Shown: positions 28,602-38,202 of the stretch, in pieces
How the letters are laid out: each line of letters starts with the position of its first letter
Numbering within the stretch: the first letter of the stretch is position 1
IMG/VR virus record: IMGVR_UViG_3300025909_000005
Reading direction: 5' to 3' (one strand)
DNA: 64,000 bases
Origin: a virus
Lineage: Duplodnaviria; Caudoviricetes
The notes under the pieces: generated by a model
The model's input: the letters and a program-made list of their open reading frames with translations, nothing else
Database searches by the model: none
Told to the model about the DNA's origin: nothing
Translations under genes and position numbers: made by a program

Positions 28602-29192
28602 ATGGCAAAACAACTTTACGTGTCGTCCGCGGTGCAGGTCGCACTACTCAAGGAAGTCCTCATTCCCGAGATGGCAACGGGCTTCTGGAAGGATCACCGC
28701 CCCGCCGACCACGCAGCGCAGTGGGCTGACGTCGAGATCCTGGTCTCCGATACCGACACCCTCGGCCCAGTCGACTTCAAGATCCCCCGCCTCTACAACT
28801 TCGTCAACCCCGACTTCATCAAGCCGAACGAGGCCAAGCTCGTGGCAGCAGCCCAGTCCGCCAAGGCGTCGAGCAACTTCCGCTCCGTCAAGAAGGAACT
28901 CATCGAGCTCTCGCGCATCGTCGGCGGCCGTCTCACCGACAAGAACGCCAACCCGACCAAGGCCAATCGCGGCAACAACAAGGTCGGCACCATCCAGGAG
29001 AAGTCGAAGGACATCGTCAAGGAAGCCGGCAAGACCGTGAAGAAGGTCAAGAAGGACACCGAAGGCGACGTCACCGTCACGAAGACGGCCAACGGCGGCA
29101 CCGTGATCCGCCGCGCGGTCACCCGTGCTGTCGAGACCACGGCCTTCTCCAGCCCGTTCGCAATGGGCCAGGCAATCGCCGACGGCCAATAA
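28602..29192 (+). CDS. hypothetical protein with basic C-terminus
   Basis: SD GGAG; strong codon bias. Confidence 0.75.
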   Translation: MAKQLYVSSAVQVALLKEVLIPEMATGFWKDHRPADHAAQWADVEILVSDTDTLGPVDFKIPRLYNFVNPDFIKPNEAKLVAAAQSAKASSNFRSVKKELIELSRIVGGRLTDKNANPTKANRGNNKVGTIQEKSKDIVKEAGKTVKKVKKDTEGDVTVTKTANGGTVIRRAVTRAVETTAFSSPFAMGQAIADGQ

Positions 29193-29202
29193 GGAGACCA
29201 AC

Positions 29203-29481
29203 ATGGGATGCTACATCAACCCGACCAACGGCCAAACCAAGGAGCAGTGGCTCGCTGAGCACAGCGACGGCCCCTCCACGACCGGCAAGGCTGGCATCAT
29301 CGTCAACGACTATTACCCCGTCTGCCTCGTCGACAACGGCGCGTTCACCGCTGCCGCTGTCTGCTACAACGGCAGCGAGCTCGAGACGTTCAAGCGCGAC
29401 GACGGCCGCCGCAAGGCCTGGTTCCAGGTCCACAAGGACGACCTCTACACGGTCTCCGATCTGGCCAGGTACGAGCGCTGA
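29203..29481 (+). CDS. hypothetical protein
   Basis: SD AAGGAG. Confidence 0.7.
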   Translation: MGCYINPTNGQTKEQWLAEHSDGPSTTGKAGIIVNDYYPVCLVDNGAFTAAAVCYNGSELETFKRDDGRRKAWFQVHKDDLYTVSDLARYER

Positions 29482-29482
29482 C

Positions 29483-29686
29483 ATGATCACCATCACGTGG
29501 CATGACGTCGCCATCGCAATCTTCATCATCGGCCTCCTTGGCCTGATCGGTGGAACGTGGTGGATGGGTCGCCCCGATGACGACGTCGGTTCTGGCACGT
29601 CAGGTGCGCTGGGCGGCACCATCCTTCTCTGGATCATCTTCGTCCCTGTGACGATTGCTGGTCTCATTTCCATGTTCGTGTTCTGA
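29483..29686 (+). CDS. small membrane protein
   Basis: two TM helices. Confidence 0.65.
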   Translation: MITITWHDVAIAIFIIGLLGLIGGTWWMGRPDDDVGSGTSGALGGTILLWIIFVPVTIAGLISMFVF

Positions 29687-29693
29687 GGAAACA

Positions 29694-29966
29694 ATGAGCT
29701 CTGGTCAAAAACAATGCGCTGAAGACGAGGACGACTGGGACGCCCTCAAGAAGAGAGCGGGCGTCGAGGATACGAACTGGCAGGTCTACAGCAACGAGGC
29801 GACTGCCGCCCGCCGCATCTTTCAAGCAGAAGGCTCCACAGGGATCATGCTGAAGCTGAAGGTCAAGCACGAGATCGAACGTGCAAACCTTCACCGCAAG
29901 CAGATGGATGAACTGCGCAAGCTCGCCGACGCCCAGGAAACCCTCCGCGAGATGAGCAAACTCTAA
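29694..29966 (+). CDS. hypothetical protein
   Basis: SD GAGGA. Confidence 0.65.
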   Translation: MSSGQKQCAEDEDDWDALKKRAGVEDTNWQVYSNEATAARRIFQAEGSTGIMLKLKVKHEIERANLHRKQMDELRKLADAQETLREMSKL

Positions 29967-30067
29967 CCTGCGTAAGTTCGGACTTTTTCGCAAGAGTTCG
30001 ACTTACAATGTAAATACAGTCAGAGAGAAAGACTCTCTACGTCAACCGCCTATCGAGGAGCTCGAAC

Positions 30068-31192
30068 ATGGCATCGAAAGTTCTGACCGTCTACATCGGT
30101 CGTTTCCAACCACTTCACAACGGACATGTCCACGTTCTGACGAATGCGCTTCGCACGTCGGACCACACGCTGGTGCTCGTCGGCAGCTCGTTCCGTTCCC
30201 GCACGATCAAGAACCCCTTCACGTTCGACGAACGTAAGGAAGTGCTCATGGCCTGGCACGACGACTCGGAGCTCGACAAGAAGAGCCTGACCGTTCTGCC
30301 ACTGCGTGACCAGCCCTACTCAAACTCCAAGTGGATCGAGTCGGTGCAGAAGACGGTCCACAACTTCATGATCGAGAAGCATCTCGACCCCCGCACCACT
30401 GAAGTTCGCCTCACCGGTTCCGACCGTGACGAGTCGACCTGGTACCTGCAGGCCTTCCCGCAGTGGAAGCTGGCGCTCTGCGCTCCAGTTCCTGCCGGCC
30501 GCGACCTCTCAGCCACCAACCTCCGTCATGAGCTGTTCGGCGCCATGCTTGGCACGGCCATCAAGGACGACACCCCTCGCATCACGCAGTTCTTCATCGA
30601 GAAGTTCCGATTCGGCGAGGAGTTCGCGCTCCTCAAGGCCGAGTACGACTTCATCGAGAAGTACAAGAAGGCCTGGAAGGCAGCACCCTACGCACCCTAC
30701 TTCCTGACCGTCGACGGCGTCGTGATCCAATCCGGCCACGTGCTGGTCGTCCGCCGCGGCGCCCTCCCTGGCAAGGGCCTGCTCGCTCTGCCTGGTGGCT
30801 TCCTCGATCAGAACGAGCGCCTCGCCGACGGCGTGGTTCGTGAACTCATCGAGGAAACGGGTCTGCGTCTGGCTGACGGCAAGAACGCCGAACGCATCAC
30901 GAAGTCGATGCTGCAGGGCGCCATCAAGGCGAAGGAAATCTTCGACGATCCGAATCGCTCGCTGCGTGGTCGCACCGTGACGACTGCCTACCTCATCCGC
31001 CTCGATGACACCAAGCCGCTTCCGAAGGTGAAGGGCCAGTACGCACCGCTCCACGAGACCGGCGGCAAGCTCGTCGTCGAAACGGCTGACGCGTTCTGGA
31101 TGCCGATCGCCGACGCGCTGCGCGACAGCTCGGTGTGGTTCGAGGACCACTACTACATTCTCGAGACGATGCTCGGCTTTGCGAAGGACTGA
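30068..31192 (+). CDS. bifunctional NMN adenylyltransferase / NUDIX (ADP-ribose) hydrolase (NadM-Nudix, NatV-like)
   Basis: GRFQPLHNGH (HxGH), LSATNLR, ALPGGF....E......RELIEETG, WFEDH. Confidence 0.92.
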   Translation: MASKVLTVYIGRFQPLHNGHVHVLTNALRTSDHTLVLVGSSFRSRTIKNPFTFDERKEVLMAWHDDSELDKKSLTVLPLRDQPYSNSKWIESVQKTVHNFMIEKHLDPRTTEVRLTGSDRDESTWYLQAFPQWKLALCAPVPAGRDLSATNLRHELFGAMLGTAIKDDTPRITQFFIEKFRFGEEFALLKAEYDFIEKYKKAWKAAPYAPYFLTVDGVVIQSGHVLVVRRGALPGKGLLALPGGFLDQNERLADGVVRELIEETGLRLADGKNAERITKSMLQGAIKAKEIFDDPNRSLRGRTVTTAYLIRLDDTKPLPKVKGQYAPLHETGGKLVVETADAFWMPIADALRDSSVWFEDHYYILETMLGFAKD

Positions 31193-31345
31193 ATGGCAAG
31201 ATCAAAATGCTGCGCCAAGTGCTTCGGCGTTCTCGAGTATGAAGGCACACCAGTTACAGGCGCTTTTGGCTGTAACTGTTCAAACACCCCATTGTCAGTT
31301 TGGCCTGACGGCAATGGCACCCAAACACAAGGCCACAAGGAGAAA

Positions 31346-32116
31346 ATGATGACCGGATTCCAATTCCCAGGCAGCGACAAGCTGATGAACCGCCTCTTCC
31401 GCCGCGCCGATGGCGTCGTGTGGGACCTCATGACCGGCCGCGTCGGCGTCCAGTCGAAGGAAGGCATCTCGACCCTGACCGGCGAAGGTGATGACGCTGA
31501 AGTCAGCATCAACATGTTCGACCAGTTCGGCATGGAAGTTCCCGCCTTCGCGCAGTCCACGCCCGTCGAGGCCGTCAACATCGGCGACCTGATCTTCTTC
31601 GGCTCGACCGAGAAGCCGGGCTGGGTCGTCGACAAGAAGTACGGCGTCAAGCCGACGGGCTCCACGACTGCCACGAAGCGCAAGACGGCCGCATCTGCTG
31701 CCGTCGCAACGACCGAGGAAGACAAGAAGAACGTGCAGTTCACCCTCATGAAGGTCGACGGCCAGCGCACCACGTGGAAGCCACCGAAGGTTCAACTGCT
31801 CGGCATGGGCGGTGATGGCGTCATGGTCATTCGCTCGCTGCTGACGATGCTGCCTGGCGGACAGAACGCCCTCGGCGGCATGCAGAACAACCTCGTCATG
31901 ATGATGCAGATGTCTGCGATGTCCGGTGACGGTGGTGGCATCGACATGGAATCCCTGATGCCGATCATGCTCATGAGCGCGATGGGCAACGGCGATGGTG
32001 GTGCAGGCGGCAACAACATGATGCAGACCATGATGCTGATGTCCATGATGAAGGGCGGCAACGGCCTCTTCGGCAGCAAGAAGACGGGCTCAAGCAACAG
32101 CCCTTTCAATCGCTGA
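31346..32116 (+). CDS. Met/Gly-rich C-terminal-tail protein of unknown function
   Basis: SD AAGGAG before MMTGFQFPG; repeated MMMMQM/LMPIMLMS segments. Confidence 0.75.
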   Translation: MMTGFQFPGSDKLMNRLFRRADGVVWDLMTGRVGVQSKEGISTLTGEGDDAEVSINMFDQFGMEVPAFAQSTPVEAVNIGDLIFFGSTEKPGWVVDKKYGVKPTGSTTATKRKTAASAAVATTEEDKKNVQFTLMKVDGQRTTWKPPKVQLLGMGGDGVMVIRSLLTMLPGGQNALGGMQNNLVMMMQMSAMSGDGGGIDMESLMPIMLMSAMGNGDGGAGGNNMMQTMMLMSMMKGGNGLFGSKKTGSSNSPFNR

Positions 32117-32211
32117 CCGACGACAGCGACGTAGAGGCGAAGTTCCACTCGGGGCTTCGTTCTCTGACGTACCCTGAGCTTCAGGTTCTCAGTGACGTCA
32201 CAATCGTCGGA

Positions 32212-32616
32212 ATGCGGTTCTACAAGGGCGCGCACGACTACCTTCACACGGTAGGACGCGAGGTCCGCGATACCGAAGAGCAGTGCCTGTACCTGGTGCC
32301 GGAGGCCTCAAATGAGTTCGACAGCAACGCGGTGATGCTGCACAACGGAAAGATCAAGCTCGGGTCTGTCGCAGCAGAAAGTGCTGCCAAGGTTCGTCGG
32401 ATCATGGCCGATTGGAAAGCAGAATCGGCGAAGAAGGCAGCTGCGGCGGGCGCAAAGCATCCCGAGTGGGCAGATGATGTCATAGTTGTACGGATGGCAC
32501 CAATTTCAAGTACAAAGCAAGACTTTGCCCACGTGGCAAGCTTGAAGGTCTACGGGAAGTATCGTATCAACGAGCGTCTCGCTAGGAAGTTTTCAGACAA
32601 ACATCGGAAGGAATGA
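32212..32616 (+). CDS. HIRAN-like domain protein (true start probably upstream)
   Basis: IVGMRFY...LVPEASNEFDSNAV....KLGSV; frame open upstream to 31930. Confidence 0.6.
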   Translation: MRFYKGAHDYLHTVGREVRDTEEQCLYLVPEASNEFDSNAVMLHNGKIKLGSVAAESAAKVRRIMADWKAESAKKAAAAGAKHPEWADDVIVVRMAPISSTKQDFAHVASLKVYGKYRINERLARKFSDKHRKE

Positions 32617-32618
32617 TC

Positions 32619-33524
32619 ATGGGTGGTTCACGTTGGTCAAATGACGACTATGTGTCGTACGCACGCACTACAAACTACGTCAACAAGTCGCGCGACGAAG
32701 TCTTCTCTCACAAGGTTGGTGAGAAGCTGGATCCGCGCAACGTCAAGGTCGGCAAGGGCGACCGCAAGGGCCTGCAGCTTCGCGAGTCCATCATCTCCGA
32801 GCAGAACCCGGACCCGACGCCGATCATCTTCGGTCTCGACGTCACGGGCTCCATGGGTGCGGTCGCCGAGCAGATCGCGAAGACCGAGCTGCCGAAGCTG
32901 ATGACGCAGGTGCACGAGACAGGTGTCGTCTCCGACCCGCACGTCATGTTCATGGGCATCGACGACGTCTTCGCTCAAGGCCACGGCGCCCTGCAGGTCT
33001 CGTACTTCGAGCCTGACCTGAAGATCGTCGAGCAGCTGCGCCAGATGTGGCTCGTCGGCAACGGCGGCGGCAACGGCTCAGAGTCGTACGACCTCGCCTG
33101 GTACTTCGCTGGCCACTACACGTACCTCGAGAACTTCGAGAAGACGGGCAAGCCTGGCTTCTTGTTCACGTTCGGCGACGAACCGGCTCCGTACCAGACG
33201 GTGTCCAAGTCCGACCTCCAGACCATCTTCGGTCCGGGCGAGTACGAGAACACCCCGCCGGAATCGAGCCTGCGCTCCGCTCAGGCGAAGTTCCAGGTCT
33301 TCCACATCATCGTGGAACGCGGTCGCGCCGACCGTGCAACGCGTGACAGCTGGACGAAGATGCTCGGCAACAATGCCATTTTCCTGCGTGACCCGCAGTA
33401 CCTGACGGAAGTCGTCATCGCGACCATGGCAATCGCCGGTGGCCGTGACATCAACGAGGTCATCTCCGAGTCGCGTGTTCCCGAGGAACTGCGCTACGCC
33501 TTCAGCAATTCGCTGAAGGGCTGA
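32619..33524 (+). CDS. vWA-domain protein
   Basis: MIDAS-like DVTGSM, GGGNGSESY, FTFGDE. Confidence 0.85.
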   Translation: MGGSRWSNDDYVSYARTTNYVNKSRDEVFSHKVGEKLDPRNVKVGKGDRKGLQLRESIISEQNPDPTPIIFGLDVTGSMGAVAEQIAKTELPKLMTQVHETGVVSDPHVMFMGIDDVFAQGHGALQVSYFEPDLKIVEQLRQMWLVGNGGGNGSESYDLAWYFAGHYTYLENFEKTGKPGFLFTFGDEPAPYQTVSKSDLQTIFGPGEYENTPPESSLRSAQAKFQVFHIIVERGRADRATRDSWTKMLGNNAIFLRDPQYLTEVVIATMAIAGGRDINEVISESRVPEELRYAFSNSLKG

Positions 33525-33579
33525 TGTACGTGGGTCCTACTCTGTGATACAATGGAGTAGGACCCACAATGGAGCAAGC

Positions 33580-34887
33580 ATGGCAGGATCACGAATCGCA
33601 CCAGTACTCGCAGTGATTGGAGCTGGTTACGGTGACGAAGGCAAGGGCCTCTTCACCGACTACCTTGCCCGCAAGCACTCGAGATTCCAAGGCACGAAGG
33701 TTCCTCTCGTCATGAGAGGAAACGGTGGTGCACAAGCTGGCCACACTGTCGTCGATGGCACGAGGCGTCACGTCTTTGGCCACATCGGCTCAGGCACGAT
33801 GGCTGGTGCTCGTACCTACCTCGCTGAGAACTTCATCGTCAACCCCATGGCCTTCGCTCCTGAACTGGAGAAGGTGAAGGCCCTTGGCATGGACCCGACC
33901 GTCTATGCCCACTCCAACTGCCGTGTCACAACGATCTTCGACATGGCGCTGAATTCCCTGGCCGAGCTCTTCCGAGGTCGCGCCCTTCACGGCTCATGCG
34001 GCTACGGCATCAACGAGACCGTGACTCGCAACGAGGCGGGCTACTACCTCACGATGGCTGACATCCGTGCAGGCACCGCAGTTCTCGCAACCAAGCTCGA
34101 GGACATCCTTCGCGAGTACGTACCGACCCGGCTCTATGCCATCGGCTACCAGGAATGGGACCGCGACTCGGCCACCCCGCAAGTCAGAGCGCAGGCGGAC
34201 GTCTACCTCAAGACCGTCATGGTGCAACAGGACGATCGTGCGGCCCACTGCAGCGCCCTCGCATCGAGGATGCAGAAGGACGTTCACTCGATCCACCTCT
34301 ACGACCCGAAGTCGTTCACGTGGTCAGGCGAGCCGATCATCTACGAAGGTGCACAAGGCCTGCTGCTCGACGAGTACCACGGTACGTTCCCGCACGTGAC
34401 CCGCTCCGTGACAGGCGTCGCCTCCGCTGTTCGTGCTGCCGCTGAAGCTGGACGCACTCAAGTTCAGCCGTACTACATCACGCGCTGCTACACGACCCGC
34501 CACGGTGCGGGTCCCCTGTACAAGGAAGGCGAGATCATCACCGATGGCGTCCGCTCGCTTCCTGATGAAACGAACATGCCGAACCAGCACCAGGGCACGC
34601 TGCGCTTCGCACCGCTGAATCTCGGCCACCTTCGGAACGCAATCGAGCGAGACATGGAACGTGCACGTCACGTCGGCCAGGTCTTCAACATCGAGGTCCT
34701 TCAGCCGAAGCTTGTCGTCACCCACCTCGACCAGCTCGGCCGCAAGGTGCAGTTTGCTGGATGGAGCTACCTTGTCGAGAGTGAAGCTGCTGCGAAAGCA
34801 ATCGGCAACTTCCTCGAGGTGTCCGTCTCGCACGTTTCCTACGGACCTGAAGCAAAGGATGTACGAGAGTTCACCTCTGAGCTATAA
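33580..34887 (+). CDS. purA: divergent adenylosuccinate synthetase (PurA-like)
   Basis: GAGYGDEGKG, NGGAQAGHT, EGAQGLLLD, PHVTRS, TRHGAGP, THLD. Confidence 0.8.
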   Translation: MAGSRIAPVLAVIGAGYGDEGKGLFTDYLARKHSRFQGTKVPLVMRGNGGAQAGHTVVDGTRRHVFGHIGSGTMAGARTYLAENFIVNPMAFAPELEKVKALGMDPTVYAHSNCRVTTIFDMALNSLAELFRGRALHGSCGYGINETVTRNEAGYYLTMADIRAGTAVLATKLEDILREYVPTRLYAIGYQEWDRDSATPQVRAQADVYLKTVMVQQDDRAAHCSALASRMQKDVHSIHLYDPKSFTWSGEPIIYEGAQGLLLDEYHGTFPHVTRSVTGVASAVRAAAEAGRTQVQPYYITRCYTTRHGAGPLYKEGEIITDGVRSLPDETNMPNQHQGTLRFAPLNLGHLRNAIERDMERARHVGQVFNIEVLQPKLVVTHLDQLGRKVQFAGWSYLVESEAAAKAIGNFLEVSVSHVSYGPEAKDVREFTSEL

Positions 34888-34946
34888 TGTTTCCATACAG
34901 TCGTGATAGACACGACTGCCCATCAACTTGATTAGGAGCTAATCAA

Positions 34947-36419
34947 ATGTCTGAAAAACTCGTTCCCTACACCCCGAAGCGCCTCACGTACAACCCGCTG
35001 ATGCGCACGGACAGCTACAAGTTCTCGCACGCCTTCTCGTACCCGAGCAACGCCACTGGCATGTTCTCGTACATCGAGGCCCGCACCGGCGGCCAGGACA
35101 TCATCGTCCCTTTCGGCCTGCAGATCTGGCTGAACGAACACCTCTCCATTCCCATCACCGCAGAGAACATCGACGAGGCCGAGCTCTTCGCAGCTGCCCA
35201 CGGTGAACCCTTCAGCCGCGCGGCCTGGGAGAAGGTCCTCAACAAGTATCACGGCTACATGCCCGTGACCATCCGCGCCGTTCCCGAAGGCACGCCGGTT
35301 CCGAGCGGCAACGCCCTCGTGACCATCCAGTGCGAGGACGAAGAGCTCGTCGGCGAAGTCAACAGGATTCTCGTCTTCTGGATCGCCTCGTACCTCGAGA
35401 CGCAGATGCTGCGCGCCTACTGGTACCCGACCACTATCGCCACCCTCGACCGTGCGACGAAGCTGCAGATCAAGCGCTTCTACGAAATCGCCGGTGCCGA
35501 CCTCAACTTCCTGCCCTTCTCGCTGCACGACTTCGGCGGCCGCGGCGTTTCGTCCGGCGAGACCGCTGCCATCGGCGGTGCCGCCCACCTGCCGTCCTTC
35601 ATGGGCTCGGACACGGTCGAAGGCGTTCGCTACGCCAACTTCTACTACGACGAGGCCATGTCGGCCTTCTCCGTCCGTGCGACGGAGCACTCGGTCGCCT
35701 GCTCGTTCGGCCTGTCGGATGAAGACGAGATCGCGTACATCGCCCACCAGCTGAAGGTCTTCGAAGGCAATGGCAACATCATCTCGATGGTCGGCGACTC
35801 GAAGAGCATCAAGCGCTTCGCAAAGCACCTGTGCACGACCTTCCGTGACCAGATCATGGACCTCCATGAGCGCCTCGGCATGAAGATCGTCTGCCGCCCG
35901 GACTCCGGCGATCCGCTCGAGATCATTCCGATGCTGCTGAAGATGTTCGCTGACGCGTTCCCGACCACGAAGACCAGCGCCGGCTACATCAAGCTCTACC
36001 CCGGCATCGGCATCCTGCAGGGCGACGGCGTCGATCGCATGACGATCCTCACCATCCTCGGCAACATCATGGCCATGAACTTCTCGCCGGACAACATCGT
36101 CTTCGGTTCCGGTGGCGGCCTGCTGCAGAAGGTCAACCGCGACACGTTCAAGTTCGCGATGAAGGCCTCTGCGATCAAGGTCGACGGCAAGTGGAAGGGC
36201 ATCGTCAAGGACCCGGAAACCGACCCCGGCAAGAAGTCGAAGGAAGGCATCCTGACCCTCGCGACGAACGGCCTCGGTGACTACCTCACGGTGCGCCTCG
36301 ACAACTCCGAGAACCCGTACCCGCGCGGCTATCACGATGCCATGGTCACGGTCTACGACAAGGGCCAGTTCTACAACCATACGACGCTGGCTGAAGTCCG
36401 CGCCCGCTGCGCGGTCTAA
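34947..36419 (+). CDS. nadV: nicotinamide phosphoribosyltransferase (NAMPT/NadV)
   Basis: TDSYKFSH, LHDFGGRG, ATEHS, RPDSGDP, QGDG, FGSGGGLLQKVNRDT, KDP.TDPGKKSK.G. Confidence 0.93.
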   Translation: MSEKLVPYTPKRLTYNPLMRTDSYKFSHAFSYPSNATGMFSYIEARTGGQDIIVPFGLQIWLNEHLSIPITAENIDEAELFAAAHGEPFSRAAWEKVLNKYHGYMPVTIRAVPEGTPVPSGNALVTIQCEDEELVGEVNRILVFWIASYLETQMLRAYWYPTTIATLDRATKLQIKRFYEIAGADLNFLPFSLHDFGGRGVSSGETAAIGGAAHLPSFMGSDTVEGVRYANFYYDEAMSAFSVRATEHSVACSFGLSDEDEIAYIAHQLKVFEGNGNIISMVGDSKSIKRFAKHLCTTFRDQIMDLHERLGMKIVCRPDSGDPLEIIPMLLKMFADAFPTTKTSAGYIKLYPGIGILQGDGVDRMTILTILGNIMAMNFSPDNIVFGSGGGLLQKVNRDTFKFAMKASAIKVDGKWKGIVKDPETDPGKKSKEGILTLATNGLGDYLTVRLDNSENPYPRGYHDAMVTVYDKGQFYNHTTLAEVRARCAV

Positions 36420-36421
36420 TC

Positions 36422-36766
36422 ATGATGCGGGTCGTGTACATCGCGGTCCCCAGTCGTGGGGTTGTCAATGGCAACCTCACCTCTGGCTTCATCGAGGAGA
36501 TGGCAATCCTCACTGAAGAGAACCGCAACTGCTGCTTCATCTCGCCCATGCTGCAGAACTACCAGCTCCTTGGCTACATGCGAGTCCATGGCGCCGAGTG
36601 GGCGGACTGGGAGGAGCACTGCACCGCGCTCATCAAGAAGTGTGATGAGATGTGGGTGATCAAGTATCGCGGCTGGGAGGAGTCTACTGGCGTGAAGGTC
36701 GAGACCTCGATCGCCAAGGCTGCTGCCATTCCGGTAGTCTACAAGGAAAGCGTCTGGGCTGAGTGA
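36422..36766 (+). CDS. DUF1937 / nucleoside deoxyribosyltransferase-fold protein
   Basis: YIAVPS...ISP....W...C..LIKKCDEMWV...GWEESTGV..E...A pattern. Confidence 0.6.
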   Translation: MMRVVYIAVPSRGVVNGNLTSGFIEEMAILTEENRNCCFISPMLQNYQLLGYMRVHGAEWADWEEHCTALIKKCDEMWVIKYRGWEESTGVKVETSIAKAAAIPVVYKESVWAE

Positions 36767-37254
36767 TGGACAACAGAGGCAAGCGTCACACTCGCATCGT
36801 GAGCTGGCAGCATTCTCCAATGTGGACGTATGCGGAGCAGGCGGAGTGGCTTGGATTGCAAGGCCTCAAACACCCGCGGCTTAATAAGGCGGCTGACGAG
36901 TGGATGGCGAACACGTGGACCTACGACACCCTCTCTGACGCCGCAAAGCAGTGGATGAAGGAGAATGTCAAGGACTGGGAGGATGAGGAGGCGCTGTACT
37001 CCGCCCAGTACAAGGGCAAGAAGCTTCGCTTCAGGTGCAAGCGCTGTACCGAGTGGTACTCGATCTCGTACTCGCACTGCAAGCGCGGCGGGTGGGGGTC
37101 TGAGTACGAACACACGGACGGTGGCAGCCACTTTCCATGTCGCACACCTGAGGAGCAGATGGCAGAGTGGGACAGGCAGTGGAGGGATTACCAGCGCATG
37201 CAGGAGCAGTGGGCCAAGGAGCCATACGACCCTCACGCACCGAGTGGCTTCTGA
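36763..37254 (+). CDS. hypothetical protein
   Basis: Trp-rich; CxxC plus HCK. Confidence 0.65.
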   Translation: MMDNRGKRHTRIVSWQHSPMWTYAEQAEWLGLQGLKHPRLNKAADEWMANTWTYDTLSDAAKQWMKENVKDWEDEEALYSAQYKGKKLRFRCKRCTEWYSISYSHCKRGGWGSEYEHTDGGSHFPCRTPEEQMAEWDRQWRDYQRMQEQWAKEPYDPHAPSGF

Positions 37255-37298
37255 CCCCACTGTGATATAATGGGTCATCAGCCACTGAAGGACCCAAT

Positions 37299-37613
37299 AT
37301 GACTCCCGAATACAAGGCCTCGTCCGTGATGATCCTCGCGGTGGCCTACAAGACCGTCTCCGCAAAGAAGGGGAAGGGCGAGACCGTCACCCACGAGAAC
37401 GCCATCGGCCTGATCCCTTGGAACGTGGAAAAGGACCCACTGCCCGTCGGCTGGAAGTCCGGCAAGAGCCGCGTCGATTTCCGCACCATCTCCATTGGCT
37501 GGACCCGCGATGCGGGCAAGAGCTTCATCAACCACATGGACCTGCTTGAGAAGTACGGTCACCTCGGCGGGATCGGTATGGTCGAAGCCGAGTACCCGAA
37601 GGACAAGGAATGA
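37299..37613 (+). CDS. hypothetical protein
   Basis: TATAAT and AAGGA upstream. Confidence 0.7.
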   Translation: MTPEYKASSVMILAVAYKTVSAKKGKGETVTHENAIGLIPWNVEKDPLPVGWKSGKSRVDFRTISIGWTRDAGKSFINHMDLLEKYGHLGGIGMVEAEYPKDKE

Positions 37614-38149
37614 GAAACACCCACCAGTACCCCGTCACCCTCGAAGAGGTGAACAGCATGATCAAGGGCGTCGATCTCGGTGGCCCTGACGCTCCAATCG
37701 GCAGCATCGATCCGCTGGCCCTACACCTGCTCAAGGGCTTCCTCGACACACCGAAGGTGCAGAAGGCGCTGGGTGCCTACCTCGAAGAGGTTCAGCCCAA
37801 GTCAACTGACAAGGGACTCGATGCGCTGACGCTCAGCACCATTCGCAACCTCTTCTCGTACGCCTACGGCCGCCGCCCGTTCACGCACATCTACAGTGCC
37901 GACTACGCCGGCATCTCGACCCGCGGCTCGTACGTGTACGACCTCAACAAGGACAACCCGCACACGAAGGTTCGGCTCTACGTTCGCCTCGATCGCATGC
38001 GCCTGCGTGGTGAACTCGATGAAGACCTATTCCAGGACGTGCCACGAATCGAGACCCTGCCTGAGCTGAATGCGCTCAGTGATGAGCCCATCTCCGGCAT
38101 CGGTGCGCTTCTCCGGGACCTCCGAAACCTTTTCCCAGGACGTAGCTGA
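37610..38149 (+). CDS. hypothetical protein
   Basis: ATGA overlap. Confidence 0.7.
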   Translation: MRNTHQYPVTLEEVNSMIKGVDLGGPDAPIGSIDPLALHLLKGFLDTPKVQKALGAYLEEVQPKSTDKGLDALTLSTIRNLFSYAYGRRPFTHIYSADYAGISTRGSYVYDLNKDNPHTKVRLYVRLDRMRLRGELDEDLFQDVPRIETLPELNALSDEPISGIGALLRDLRNLFPGRS

Positions 38150-38202
38150 TCCTACTTCATGCCATAAATAAGTGATCTGGAAAAGATCACTTAGAGGCAT
38201 GA

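Noticed and set aside
31193-31345. Cys-rich N-terminal extension of the Met/Gly-rich protein
   Set aside because: The strong SD (AAGGAG) sits before ATG 31346, and the extension lacks the codon bias of the rest of the gene.
33580-34887. PurZ / 2-aminoadenine (Z-genome) pathway
   Set aside because: The motif is GDEGKG with the PurA Asp, not the PurZ Ser; no DatZ/MazZ-like partner recognised next to it.
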